DNA of 24,000 nucleotides from Candidatus Saccharimonadales bacterium (GCA_051005235.1 JBPCJO010000075.1:9350-33349), one strand, 5' to 3'; positions 1 through 7,620 are shown, counted from the stretch's first letter. A program made the numbers and translations. Notes: generated from the sequence alone by a model not told the origin.

Positions 1-804
1 AAAGGCACCACCGGCTGCCTTGGTCACCGGATCTTCGGAGACTTCAGCCGCGAGTGCCGTAAAGTCTTTGCCATTCTTGAGCTGTGCTAAAGCAGTGTCG
101 GCCCGGGTTTGCGTATCGGTATCGAGGGCAGCCACTACCTTTTGGGCGAGTAACTGCGTTTTAAGACTACGCTTGAAGTCGTTCTCGGACCAGTTCCAAA
201 AATCTTTGAGGACGCTTTGGAACTCTTTATCGTTCGAACCGAGCCGGTTTTGGTTACGGACAATAGTGATCTGGTCTTCAACTTCTTGGTCAGAGACAGT
301 GATTCCCCTGGTTTTAGCCAACTCTTTTACATAGGCGTCATTAATCACCTTGCCGAGCGCCCGTTTTTGGAACTCCGATAGCTGCTGGCGGCCGGCATCA
401 CTGTTAAAATCGAGGTTTTGCTGGGTGCGATAGTAATGGGTGTAGTGGTTAACCTCGAATAAATAGTTTTCGTAGGCTACAAAATCTGAGCCAATGCGGG
501 CCGCCGGAAAAGGGATAACTTGGGTAACCCTATATAAGAACGTCGAACTCGACTTGAACTTATAGAGTGCCAACGTACAGTAAGTAAAAAAGGCTACTAT
601 CGCCAGCAGAAAGAGCGTAATCGAGATAATAACCAGTTTGTGCTTAGACTGTTGCAGCGGATAGATGTACTTTCGCGCCCGAGACAACACTTGTTCACGG
701 TGTTCGGCGACCGTATCGTTGGTAATGCGATTGTCGAGCGGAGGAGTATTCCTCCGCGACGGTCGGCGGGCTTTGGCTTTAATTTTGGAGGCTAATTTTT
801 TCAT
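1..804 (-). CDS. Membrane-anchored peptidyl-prolyl isomerase (SurA_N-like region plus start of a parvulin/PpiC domain; PrsA/PpiD-like). The 3' end runs off the window.
   Basis: It is absent from the ORF track because no stop lies inside the window. I translated the minus strand from the ATG (complement of 802-804) to position 1: 268 codons with no stop. The product starts MKKLASKIKAKARRPSRRNTPPLDNRI. It has one TM helix (LVIISITLFLLAIVAFFTYCTLALY). A helical chaperone-like region follows (INDAYVKELAKTRGITVSDQEVEDQITIV). At the window edge it reads LKNGKDFTALAAEVSEDPVTKAAGGAF, the typical start of a parvulin domain. Confidence 0.75.
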   Translation of the reverse strand, partial: MKKLASKIKAKARRPSRRNTPPLDNRITNDTVAEHREQVLSRARKYIYPLQQSKHKLVIISITLFLLAIVAFFTYCTLALYKFKSSSTFLYRVTQVIPFPAARIGSDFVAYENYLFEVNHYTHYYRTQQNLDFNSDAGRQQLSEFQKRALGKVINDAYVKELAKTRGITVSDQEVEDQITIVRNQNRLGSNDKEFQSVLKDFWNWSENDFKRSLKTQLLAQKVVAALDTDTQTRADTALAQLKNGKDFTALAAEVSEDPVTKAAGGAF

Positions 805-823
805 TATGTATAAATCTGTGCTC

Positions 824-1363
824 TTATGCTTCGGCTTCGTCTTGGACCATTGGCGGCGTCCCGGAGAGCACTCCCTTTTCGCGTAAAATAGTTAATAGTT
901 TCTTCTGGATCTTAGCTGGATGGTGAACATCGTGAATTGTCAGGTCACCAACGAAAGTTTGCATCATTATCGTACCATATCCGAGCAGAGTTTCTTGCAG
1001 GCCACCGACCTCGTAGTTCACCATTTGTATCTGTGGCAAACCAATATCAACCACACTGCGCTTCCAGAGGCCTTTTTGGGTGATTTGGATAAGCCGTTGG
1101 TCGGTGACGATAAAAACGCTGTAATGCCAGCTAATCCAGGTCGGCATAAAGACAATAATACTCAATATAAACCCGACTGCTAGACCGCCAAACAGATACA
1201 CATACTCAGGCTTAATAAGTGAAGGGAGCGTACCGAGTAAAATCGCGACCATGGCAATTACTAAACCTTTGCGCATCACCACCGGATGTTTACGAAAGAC
1301 AAACAAGACATCTTCGTCGTCTAACTGGTCGTCAAAATATTTATGTGGATTTTGAGCTGTCAT
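824..1363 (-). CDS. Bacterial PH-domain (bPH_2, YdbS/YdbT-like) membrane protein
   Basis: 179-aa ORF with an ATG start. It has the pattern FRKHPVV, then two TM helices, then YSVFIVTDQRLIQITQKGLWKRSVVDIGLPQIQMVNYEVGGLQETLLGYGTIMMQT. That pattern is the usual bPH_2 architecture. Confidence 0.62.
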   Translation of the reverse strand: MTAQNPHKYFDDQLDDEDVLFVFRKHPVVMRKGLVIAMVAILLGTLPSLIKPEYVYLFGGLAVGFILSIIVFMPTWISWHYSVFIVTDQRLIQITQKGLWKRSVVDIGLPQIQMVNYEVGGLQETLLGYGTIMMQTFVGDLTIHDVHHPAKIQKKLLTILREKGVLSGTPPMVQDEAEA

Positions 1364-1374
1364 AATTTCTATCC

Positions 1375-1380
1375 ATTATA
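1375..1380 (-). promoter_or_regulatory. Candidate -10 box (TATAAT on the minus strand) for the PH-domain gene; it implies a very short or leaderless 5' end
   Basis: Plus-strand ATTATA at 1375-1380 is a perfect TATAAT on the minus strand. It ends 11 nt before the ATG at 1363. There is no convincing -35 and no Shine-Dalgarno in between. Confidence 0.35.
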
Positions 1381-1381
1381 C

Positions 1382-1396
1382 CTTAATGTCGTATGT
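1382..1396. repeat. 15-bp direct repeat CTTAATGTCGTATGT, copy 1 (copy 2 is at 1472-1486)
   Basis: An exact 15/15 match was read directly in the sequence. The copies are 90 bp apart in the 368-bp AT-rich divergent intergenic region. Copy 1 abuts the candidate -10 box. Confidence 0.9.
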
Positions 1397-1471
1397 TTAT
1401 GCTTAATTTAAGAAGTTATAATTAAATTAATTATGCTTAAATTGTACATCATCATATTTTGTAAACTGCTA

Positions 1472-1486
1472 CTTAATGTCGTATGT
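1472..1486. repeat. 15-bp direct repeat CTTAATGTCGTATGT, copy 2
   Basis: Exact match to 1382-1396. Confidence 0.9.
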
Positions 1487-1731
1487 CATGATTACAACAT
1501 TTATTGGCAGGTGTGTAAAAAATCTAACAGTATGCCTTGCGGACAAGCGATTATGATGCTGACATCACTTTGGTTTATAAACAAATCATGTTTAGTGTGT
1601 TTTTTGTAAATTATCAGCAGACTTGAGGGCAGTAAGTCGATTTTTGGGGAGGAAGTTACTAGAGTAGTTCATCCGTAAAAATTGGGTTTCGACCCAGGAG
1701 TATTAATAATAATAGAAAGGGTTAATTCCTT

Positions 1732-2313
1732 ATGAAGAAATTACTACAAGCATCAGCGACAGCAGTAGCTGGCGTAGCATTAAGCGTCGGCATGGTGTCG
1801 GCACACAGCTCAATCGGCACTACAGGGCCAGACTCTGACAACACAGTTAGAACATCTGTTGTAGAGCACGTAGACGTCGATAACGACAACAACGTTAACG
1901 CATCTGCAAACAACAATCAGCACGCTGAATCAGGTGACGCCAAAAGCAACCACAACACTGAAGCCGGCGGCGCTGAAAGCGGTGACGCAAGAAACGACAG
2001 CAACATGTCTGCTTCATTAGACATCAGCAACTCATCTTCAAACGCTGTATCTAGCGGCATCGGCGGCGCGGGCTCAATGGGTGGCGGTTCAATCGACAAG
2101 ACCGGTCCAGACTCTAACAACCGTATCGAAAGCACCTACCGTAGCAACGTTGAAGTCAGCAACAACAACAACTTGAGTGTAACGAGCAACAACAACCAAA
2201 CTGCTCGTAGCGGCGATGCAACAGTTAGTGGCAACACCGAAGGCGGCACAGCCCGTACTGGTGACGCTTCAAACTCAAGCAGCACCAGCTTCAGCCTTTC
2301 AGTAAAGAACTAG
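1732..2313 (+). CDS. Short secreted Asn/Ser/Gly-rich repeat protein (two TGPDSxN...SGDA...NTEgGxAxxGDA modules); function unknown
   Basis: 193-aa ORF with GAAAGG 11 nt upstream of the ATG. The signal peptide is MKKLLQASATAVAGVALSVGMVSAHS. Two internal modules begin TTGPDSDN and KTGPDSNN. They contain AESGDAKSNHNTEAGGAESGDA and ARSGDATVSGNTEGGTARTGDA. The same modules occur in the next gene. Confidence 0.8.
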   Translation: MKKLLQASATAVAGVALSVGMVSAHSSIGTTGPDSDNTVRTSVVEHVDVDNDNNVNASANNNQHAESGDAKSNHNTEAGGAESGDARNDSNMSASLDISNSSSNAVSSGIGGAGSMGGGSIDKTGPDSNNRIESTYRSNVEVSNNNNLSVTSNNNQTARSGDATVSGNTEGGTARTGDASNSSSTSFSLSVKN

Positions 2314-2368
2314 TACCCCTAGTTACTACTGTTAAGCTAGTCCACTGTACATAGTGGTACCGGGGTTA

Positions 2369-2394
2369 GGGGAGGCAGCAAAGGCTGCTTCCCC
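2369..2394 (+). terminator. Strong hairpin between the two repeat-protein genes (possible attenuating terminator)
   Basis: GGGGAGGCAGC-AAAG-GCTGCTTCCCC forms an 11-bp stem with one G.U and a 4-nt loop, 56 nt after the stop. The downstream U-tract is weak (GCTCCACTTT), so efficiency is uncertain. Confidence 0.4.
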
Positions 2395-2465
2395 GCTCCA
2401 CTTTAATCCTTATTCTTACGTTCTTAAGCCAATCATTAAGCACCGGCCGGTAGAAAGCAAAACTC

Positions 2466-4637
2466 ATGCCACTAAAGACAATTCTTCGTAACTCAGTATG
2501 TTCCATGCTCGTTGTACTCCAGGTGGCCGCCTTCCCTGCCCTGGTTATCGCACAAGAAGTTGATCCAGCATCATCTAACGTTGCACCAGCTGATTCCGGA
2601 TCAGTTCCTACTTCTCCGCCGCCAGCTCCGGCACAGGAGCCAGCACCTGCGCCAACGCCCGCTCCGGCTCCGCAGCCAGCAGCCGCGCCTACAACGGCAG
2701 CAAGCACTACCGGGCCAACTTCGCCGACTGGTGCCGACTCTGATACGTACACTAAAAATGCCGACGGATCTTGGTCAAACAGCCGCTATACCTGGGATCC
2801 AGCGACTGGTCAGACACGGCCAAACACTCCTCCAAGCTACAGCTATAACCCAAACACCAAAATGTGGGACACTACTAAATATGTCTACAGCCCGGAACAA
2901 GGTAAATATATAGCCAACGTCCAGTCAACTGCCAGCAACCCCCTCAGCCTAAACGCAGCGGGTTCATCCCAGCCTAATGGCTTACGCGTCGGTTCTAGCC
3001 CGCTTATTGCCGGTGGCCCGGCCAGTTTTGGCATTAATAATACCGGCCCCGGTTCCAACAATTCAATTAACTCCGGTTCAAATACCAACGGTACCTTTGA
3101 CCTCTTCTTTAACGGATCGATTAGCAACAATATATCCTCGAACGCGACTTCGGGTAACGCGTTAGTTCAAGGCAATACTATAGGCGGCGATGCCCTAAGC
3201 GGTGATGCCAGCGCGATTGCCAACTTGCTTAACATGCTGCAGTCGTCGTGGATTGGCAGCTCCGAAATTGCCAGCTTTATTAGTAATATTGATGGAAACG
3301 TTTACGGCGATTTAGTGATAGACCCGAATAACCTGCCGTACGCGGTTGGCTCCCAAAACAGCGATATAGACGTAAATGTCAGTAACAACGGCGTAATTGA
3401 TAATAACGTGGACTTGGTCGCCCGCTCTGGCAGCGCGACGGTTAACGGCAACACCGAGGCCGGCGACGCAACTTCGGGCAATGCCCAGGCCATAGCCAAT
3501 ATTATCAACCTGATTAACTCTTCTATTAATGCCGGCAGTTCATTCCTTGGTATGATTAACATCAACGGTAACTTTAACGGTGATATCTTGTTGCCTCTCG
3601 GCATGCTAGACGCTTTAATCTCGAATACCGGCTCTAACTCTACCAATACGATTGGCGGCGGCACCGCTACTTCGGACACGGATATTAACAGCACAACTAA
3701 CCGTACTATTAATAACAATGTAAATAGTACCGCCGGCAGCGGCAACGCGCTCATCAGCAGCAACACCGAGGCTGGCAGCGCCACCACCGGCCAGGCTGGC
3801 ACCAGCGTTAACACGCAGAATATTGTCGGCCAGAATATTACCGGCAAGAACGGTATATTGGTCTTCGTAAATGTACTCGGCCAATGGATAGGCATGGTGG
3901 TTGGCCCGGCACAGACGACAGCTACTATAACCAACACTGGTCCGGACTCCAGCAATGTAATTGGCGGCGGCGACAGTAACCGATCACTCTCTGTTAACGC
4001 TACCGAGAATAGCCTGATAAACAACAACATTAACGTTGTTGCCGAAAGCGGCGACGCGACCGTTAGCAAAAACACCTCGGCCGGCGACGCTACTACAGGT
4101 AACGCTCAGACCAGCGTTAATCTGGTAAATATAATTGGCAGCAACATCAATTTCAGCGACTTCTTCGGTGTTCTCTTTATCAATGTCTTTGGCAACTGGT
4201 TCGGTAGCTTCGGCGCCGATACGGCCAACGGTGGTTTTAGCCAAACGCCGGCGCAAGGCCAGGGCGGCATGGGCAGCGGTTCCAATAATAACCAACCTGC
4301 CGCTGCGCCAAATGGCGGGCCAGGCAACGGCTTTGGTGGCCAGGTCTTCGGTTTCGTTGCCCGTAACTTCGGTCAGGGTAGCGGCTCGGTCGCCCAAACT
4401 GCGGCAACTAACGGCCAGCCAGCCGCTCAAAATACAACTGTCTTTGGTGGTAACACAACACCAACCAACTCCGGTGGTGGCGCAGCTTCGGGAACTAGTA
4501 CGGCAAGTGTTAGCAGCCCGCAGATGAACTGGTGGATGATCGCCGGTTTCATCGGTTTCATCACTACTATCCTCGTCTTGGTTAGTGAATACTTCTCTAC
4601 CTTCCGTCGCAGTGCTGCCGAACGCCTAAACGTCTAG
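2466..4637 (+). CDS. Long cell-surface repeat protein: signal peptide, Pro/Ala linker, W/Y-rich segment, four SGxA...NTxAGxAxxGxA modules, Gly/Asn/Gln-rich tail and C-terminal TM anchor
   Basis: 723-aa ORF. N-terminus: MPLKTILRNSVCSMLVVLQVAAFPALVIAQE. Linker: PPPAPAQEPAPAPTPAPAPQPAAAP. The modules are ATSGNALVQGNTIGGDALSGDASAIANLLN, ARSGSATVNGNTEAGDATSGNAQAIANIIN, AGSGNALISSNTEAGSATTGQAGTSVN and AESGDATVSKNTSAGDATTGNAQTSVN. Module starts are NTGPGSNN, NTGSNSTN and NTGPDSSN. The C-terminus is WWMIAGFIGFITTILVLVSEYF followed by RR. There is no LPXTG motif. Confidence 0.85.
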   Translation: MPLKTILRNSVCSMLVVLQVAAFPALVIAQEVDPASSNVAPADSGSVPTSPPPAPAQEPAPAPTPAPAPQPAAAPTTAASTTGPTSPTGADSDTYTKNADGSWSNSRYTWDPATGQTRPNTPPSYSYNPNTKMWDTTKYVYSPEQGKYIANVQSTASNPLSLNAAGSSQPNGLRVGSSPLIAGGPASFGINNTGPGSNNSINSGSNTNGTFDLFFNGSISNNISSNATSGNALVQGNTIGGDALSGDASAIANLLNMLQSSWIGSSEIASFISNIDGNVYGDLVIDPNNLPYAVGSQNSDIDVNVSNNGVIDNNVDLVARSGSATVNGNTEAGDATSGNAQAIANIINLINSSINAGSSFLGMININGNFNGDILLPLGMLDALISNTGSNSTNTIGGGTATSDTDINSTTNRTINNNVNSTAGSGNALISSNTEAGSATTGQAGTSVNTQNIVGQNITGKNGILVFVNVLGQWIGMVVGPAQTTATITNTGPDSSNVIGGGDSNRSLSVNATENSLINNNINVVAESGDATVSKNTSAGDATTGNAQTSVNLVNIIGSNINFSDFFGVLFINVFGNWFGSFGADTANGGFSQTPAQGQGGMGSGSNNNQPAAAPNGGPGNGFGGQVFGFVARNFGQGSGSVAQTAATNGQPAAQNTTVFGGNTTPTNSGGGAASGTSTASVSSPQMNWWMIAGFIGFITTILVLVSEYFSTFRRSAAERLNV

Positions 4638-4684
4638 GTCTAGGGAAACTCTCTCTCGTTTATCGATAATACAAAGGCTACATA

Positions 4685-4760
4685 TGGTGACCCGGGAGGG
4701 AGTCGAACCCCCAACACCCACCTTAGGACGGTGGTGTTCTATCCATTGAACTACCGGGCC
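4685..4760 (-). tRNA. tRNA-Arg (anticodon CCU), CCA end encoded
   Basis: The minus strand reads GGCCCGGTAGTTCAATGGATAGAACACCACCGTCCTAAGGTGGGTGTTGGGGGTTCGACTCCCTCCCGGGTCACCA. The acceptor stem is 7 bp with one G.U. The anticodon stem is CCACC/GGTGG with loop GUCCUAA, giving anticodon CCU. The T-arm is GGGGG-TTCGACT-CCCTC. The terminal CCA is encoded. Folded by hand. Confidence 0.9.
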
Positions 4761-4777
4761 CCGGCCGCGCGTGCGAA

Positions 4778-5287
4778 CTATAGCTGTTTGCGCGGTTGGG
4801 TATACTTTTGATGAACGGTTTGATAATCGTAGATTTCTGATTCGCTAAACCAGTGGGCAATTTCGAGGGCGGCTTCTTCGGGGTCGCCCGAGGCATGGAT
4901 AATGTTGGCGATGCCAAGATCTTCGTTATCGGCGTGTGAAAAGCTGACATGAGCGTAATCGCCGCGGATTGTGCCCGGCAAAGCGCTCTTTGGTTCAGTA
5001 GTGCCAACCATCTTACGCACCAGACCGACTGCTTCGACCCCTTCGAGAACATAGGCGATGACCGGGCCTTCTTGCATCATCTTTAGAGTAACGTCGAAGG
5101 CTTTTTGGCCGCGACGTGAAACCATCTTACCAATTGTTTCGTAGTGATGAAAAAAATGGTCGTAACTTGGCTGCAACATCTTGGTAGCAATGATCTTAAG
5201 GCCAGGACGCTCAAAACGAGTCAAAATCTCGCCGAACAGGCCGCGCTGGACAGTATCGGGTTTTAATATAATCAGTGTTCGTTCCAT
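4778..5287 (-). CDS. ndk: Nucleoside diphosphate kinase
   Basis: 169-aa ORF with AAGGAA upstream of the ATG. It starts with MERTLIILKPD. Other motifs are GPVIAYVLEG, VRKMVGTTEP, PGTIRGDYA and a catalytic-His region NIIHASGDPEEAALEIAHWF. Confidence 0.92.
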   Translation of the reverse strand: MERTLIILKPDTVQRGLFGEILTRFERPGLKIIATKMLQPSYDHFFHHYETIGKMVSRRGQKAFDVTLKMMQEGPVIAYVLEGVEAVGLVRKMVGTTEPKSALPGTIRGDYAHVSFSHADNEDLGIANIIHASGDPEEAALEIAHWFSESEIYDYQTVHQKYTQPRKQL

Positions 5288-5313
5288 TGTTTTCCTTATT
5301 TAACGTTTAGTCT

Positions 5314-5322
5314 ATTTTAACA
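5314..5322 (-). promoter_or_regulatory. Candidate extended -10 promoter (TGTTAAAAT) for ndk
   Basis: The complement of 5314-5322 reads TGT-TAAAAT, about 27 nt upstream of the ndk ATG and ahead of the AAGGAA ribosome-binding site. The -35 is poor. Confidence 0.3.
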
Positions 5323-5402
5323 GCTAAGGTTACCCTTGGATACCTTGGCCGTGGCACGACTTAAAACTGGTTTCTAGTGGGTACTATGCAAAACGCGCAT
5401 TT

Positions 5403-5478
5403 TTGAAAGTATGCATTCAATATGCCTGGTGTTCATACTTTGATTAGTTGAAAGTATGAACTGAATTCATACTTTCAA
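5403..5478. repeat. Four copies of a 13-bp motif (TTGAAAGTATGAA) in alternating orientation, including a perfect 13-5-13 palindrome
   Basis: The copies are 5403-5415 (12/13, forward), 5432-5444 (11/13, reverse), 5448-5460 (forward) and 5466-5478 (its exact reverse complement). The palindrome reads TTGAAAGTATGAA-CTGAA-TTCATACTTTCAA. It lies in the ndk/recombinase divergent region, 100 bp upstream of the recombinase ATG. Confidence 0.85.
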
Positions 5479-5577
5479 AAAGTACGGTAAAGGGGCACCA
5501 CTTATATTACCTAAAACAAAATTCACGAATGTCGTACAATAAGCGTATGGTCTTTCACTATCGAAAGGAGATATGAA

Positions 5578-6501
5578 ATGGGTTCAGTGCGTGTTGACCC
5601 GGCTTTAACTGATTTTTTAGAATATCTTGAGATTGAACAAAACCGATCCCAAAAAACGATTGCGAACTACGACCATTACCTCAGACGATTGGTGGATTAT
5701 GCGGGTGATATTCTGATCAGCGACATAACTCCTGAGTTGGTGCGCAAATGGCGTCTATGGCTCAACAGGCTTGGCACCAACAACAGTGATGAACTGGGTA
5801 AGGCCACCCAAAACTACCACCTAATCGCGCTACGTAGTTTTCTTAAATATTGTGCCAAACGGGATATACCAGCCATGAGTGCTGATAAAATTGAGCTGGC
5901 GCGAACAAAACGTAAGCAAGTCACCTTTTTATCTGATGACGAGATGAAGCGGCTGCTCGAGCAGCCAGATACAAGTGATGAGGCTGGTCTGCGTGATCGT
6001 GCCATTTTAGAGCTGCTGTACTCTAGTGGGCTGCGCGTTTCTGAGCTGGTTGGGCTAAATAAGGATCATATTAACTTAAAGCGGCTCGAGTTTATGGTGC
6101 GCGGCAAAGGCCAAAAAGACCGACCGATTTTTATTAGCCCGGAGGCGGCTGGTTGGGTTATTCGCTATATGGAGGTTCGCCAAGACACCAGCCCTGCCCT
6201 ATTTGCGCGCGTCGGTGGCCAAAAAACCGCCGATACCAGTGGTAATTTTCTTAGATTAACCGCCCGCAGCGTGCAGCGGCTTGTGTCGCGCTACGCGCTG
6301 CTGGCTGGCATTACTAAAAAAGTTAGCCCGCACTCGCTCCGGCACTCGTTCGCCACCGATTTACTGATGAATGGTGCCGACTTACGCAGCGTGCAGGTCA
6401 TGCTCGGCCACAGTAACATCGCGACTACCCAGATTTATACTCATGTGACCGACCCTCACCTTAAGAAGGTGCATGAGGAGTTTCACCGCAAAGCCGGTTA
6501 G
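5578..6501 (+). CDS. Site-specific tyrosine recombinase, XerC/XerD family
   Basis: 307-aa ORF with AAGGAG 7 nt upstream of the ATG. The N-terminal SAM-like domain reads FLEYLEIEQNRSQKTIANYDHYLRRL. The catalytic domain has RDRAILELLYSSGLRVSEL, HSLRHSFATDLL and LGHSNIATTQIYTHV, which supply the R..HxxR..H..Y catalytic residues. Confidence 0.9.
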   Translation: MGSVRVDPALTDFLEYLEIEQNRSQKTIANYDHYLRRLVDYAGDILISDITPELVRKWRLWLNRLGTNNSDELGKATQNYHLIALRSFLKYCAKRDIPAMSADKIELARTKRKQVTFLSDDEMKRLLEQPDTSDEAGLRDRAILELLYSSGLRVSELVGLNKDHINLKRLEFMVRGKGQKDRPIFISPEAAGWVIRYMEVRQDTSPALFARVGGQKTADTSGNFLRLTARSVQRLVSRYALLAGITKKVSPHSLRHSFATDLLMNGADLRSVQVMLGHSNIATTQIYTHVTDPHLKKVHEEFHRKAG

Positions 6502-6513
6502 AGCTATAGCTAT

Positions 6514-7581
6514 CTAGCAGCCGCCTTGACTACTTAACGCCTCGATGGCGCCGGGGCCACCGTACGGACTTTGGTTGGTGTCTAAGCCGCTGCCAGGCCG
6601 GGCTTCGACTGGTGGGTGCAGGCTCAACCGCTTACAAACCTCGCCAGCGCCATCTATAACGTATGAAGGAAGTTCATAGTCATCGAAGTACGAAATACGG
6701 ACCTGAATGCGGCGTAGCACATCGCTTACCTTACCGGTTGAATCGACTTTTATTTGTGCCTGCGTAAACCGTGCGCCGTCGGTACTGGTAATTTTGACGG
6801 CGTTATCTTTAAAGAGTGAGCGAATATGTAAGTATGAGTTAGCCGGCAGATTGGTAATGGTCGCCTTACAGCGAGCCTCTGGCGAACCCGAACACGTAAC
6901 CGGAATTATCTTGCCTTGGTCGGCGGCCCCTTTGTCGTTGGTGTCGTGAGCTTTATACGCAACCGATCCGCCGCCGCTAGACGGTTTAAAAAATACTGTA
7001 AATGAGTTGTTATACAGCGCCTCGCGGCCTATCCCGCCGGTTGTAGTTAAAACGGTGGCTCGCATATAACCTGCATCGCAGCCACTGGCGCTAATAGTTT
7101 CGAGTGTCGGCGTAGCTCCGGGGCAGCTGCCAAACTGACCTTTATACAACTCGGAGGCGTTCCACTCGAGCTTGACGCCGGGCGCAAAGCCGCCAGCTGT
7201 GTTAAGTGGTATAATTTTACCGTTTTGCTTGGTGATCGACGTATATTCCAGGTCAGTCGGCTGGGCGTCGTATAAAACGCACGGTACCGACGTTGCAAGG
7301 TTATCGCCGCCCGAACTAATGTCCATCGGCGTACAGGTGGTAGCTTCTTTAGGAAAAGTAGAGTCTGCCCTAACTTTATTGACCGTCAAGTTAACACCTG
7401 ACTCGGCGGCGTAAAAGGCCTGGGTAGACAATTGCCTATCGAGTGATTGGCGATGTTCACGGCGGGTTATCTCGGAAAAGCCAATCACGATAAGAGTTAC
7501 CATAATCATGATAAAGACAGTTAGCATTACCGATACGATGCCAGATTGATTGTTAGCCAGTGGTGTTTGTTGTTTTTTCAT
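6514..7581 (-). CDS. PilX_N-domain pilus-associated protein (minor pilin/tip-complex candidate)
   Basis: 355-aa ORF, last gene of the pilin block. It has an N-terminal hydrophobic helix (GIVSVMLTVFIMIMVTLIVIGF) followed by LSTQAFYAAESGVN, which matches the PilX_N signature (QAFYAAEAG). It has several Cys residues and no G|FxxxE cleavage motif. Confidence 0.6.
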   Translation of the reverse strand: MKKQQTPLANNQSGIVSVMLTVFIMIMVTLIVIGFSEITRREHRQSLDRQLSTQAFYAAESGVNLTVNKVRADSTFPKEATTCTPMDISSGGDNLATSVPCVLYDAQPTDLEYTSITKQNGKIIPLNTAGGFAPGVKLEWNASELYKGQFGSCPGATPTLETISASGCDAGYMRATVLTTTGGIGREALYNNSFTVFFKPSSGGGSVAYKAHDTNDKGAADQGKIIPVTCSGSPEARCKATITNLPANSYLHIRSLFKDNAVKITSTDGARFTQAQIKVDSTGKVSDVLRRIQVRISYFDDYELPSYVIDGAGEVCKRLSLHPPVEARPGSGLDTNQSPYGGPGAIEALSSQGGC

Positions 7582-7620
7582 TATCGACGCTACTTATGCT
7601 TATTACTTAACATATTATAC

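Noticed and set aside
20-334. Plus-strand 104-aa ORF (and 665-886 +) at the left edge
   Set aside because: It lies antisense to a continuous 268-codon minus-strand frame with clear PrsA/SurA-like features. Its own product is low-complexity with no start context. It is a shadow ORF.
2366-2752. Minus-strand 128-aa Ala/Gly-rich ORF, plus 2512-2913 (+), 3302-4075 (-), 3984-4430 (-) and 4135-4527 (+)
   Set aside because: All lie inside the 723-aa repeat-protein gene. The Ala/Gly-rich frame is simply the antisense reading of the Pro/Ala linker codons. The others are stop-poor alternative frames of repetitive GC-rich sequence.
4685-6501. tRNA gene close to a tyrosine recombinase, considered as a tRNA-integrated genomic island
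   Set aside because: - The recombinase has the XerC/D-type architecture rather than a phage-integrase one.
- It is separated from the tRNA by the housekeeping gene ndk.
- It lies on the 5' side of the tRNA rather than the 3' side.
- I found no direct repeat of the tRNA 3' end elsewhere in the window.
6502-6513. Palindromic-looking GCTATAGCTATCTAGC between the convergent recombinase and PilX_N-like genes
   Set aside because: The intergenic gap is only 12 nt. The sequence is dominated by the two stop codons and cannot form a stable hairpin.
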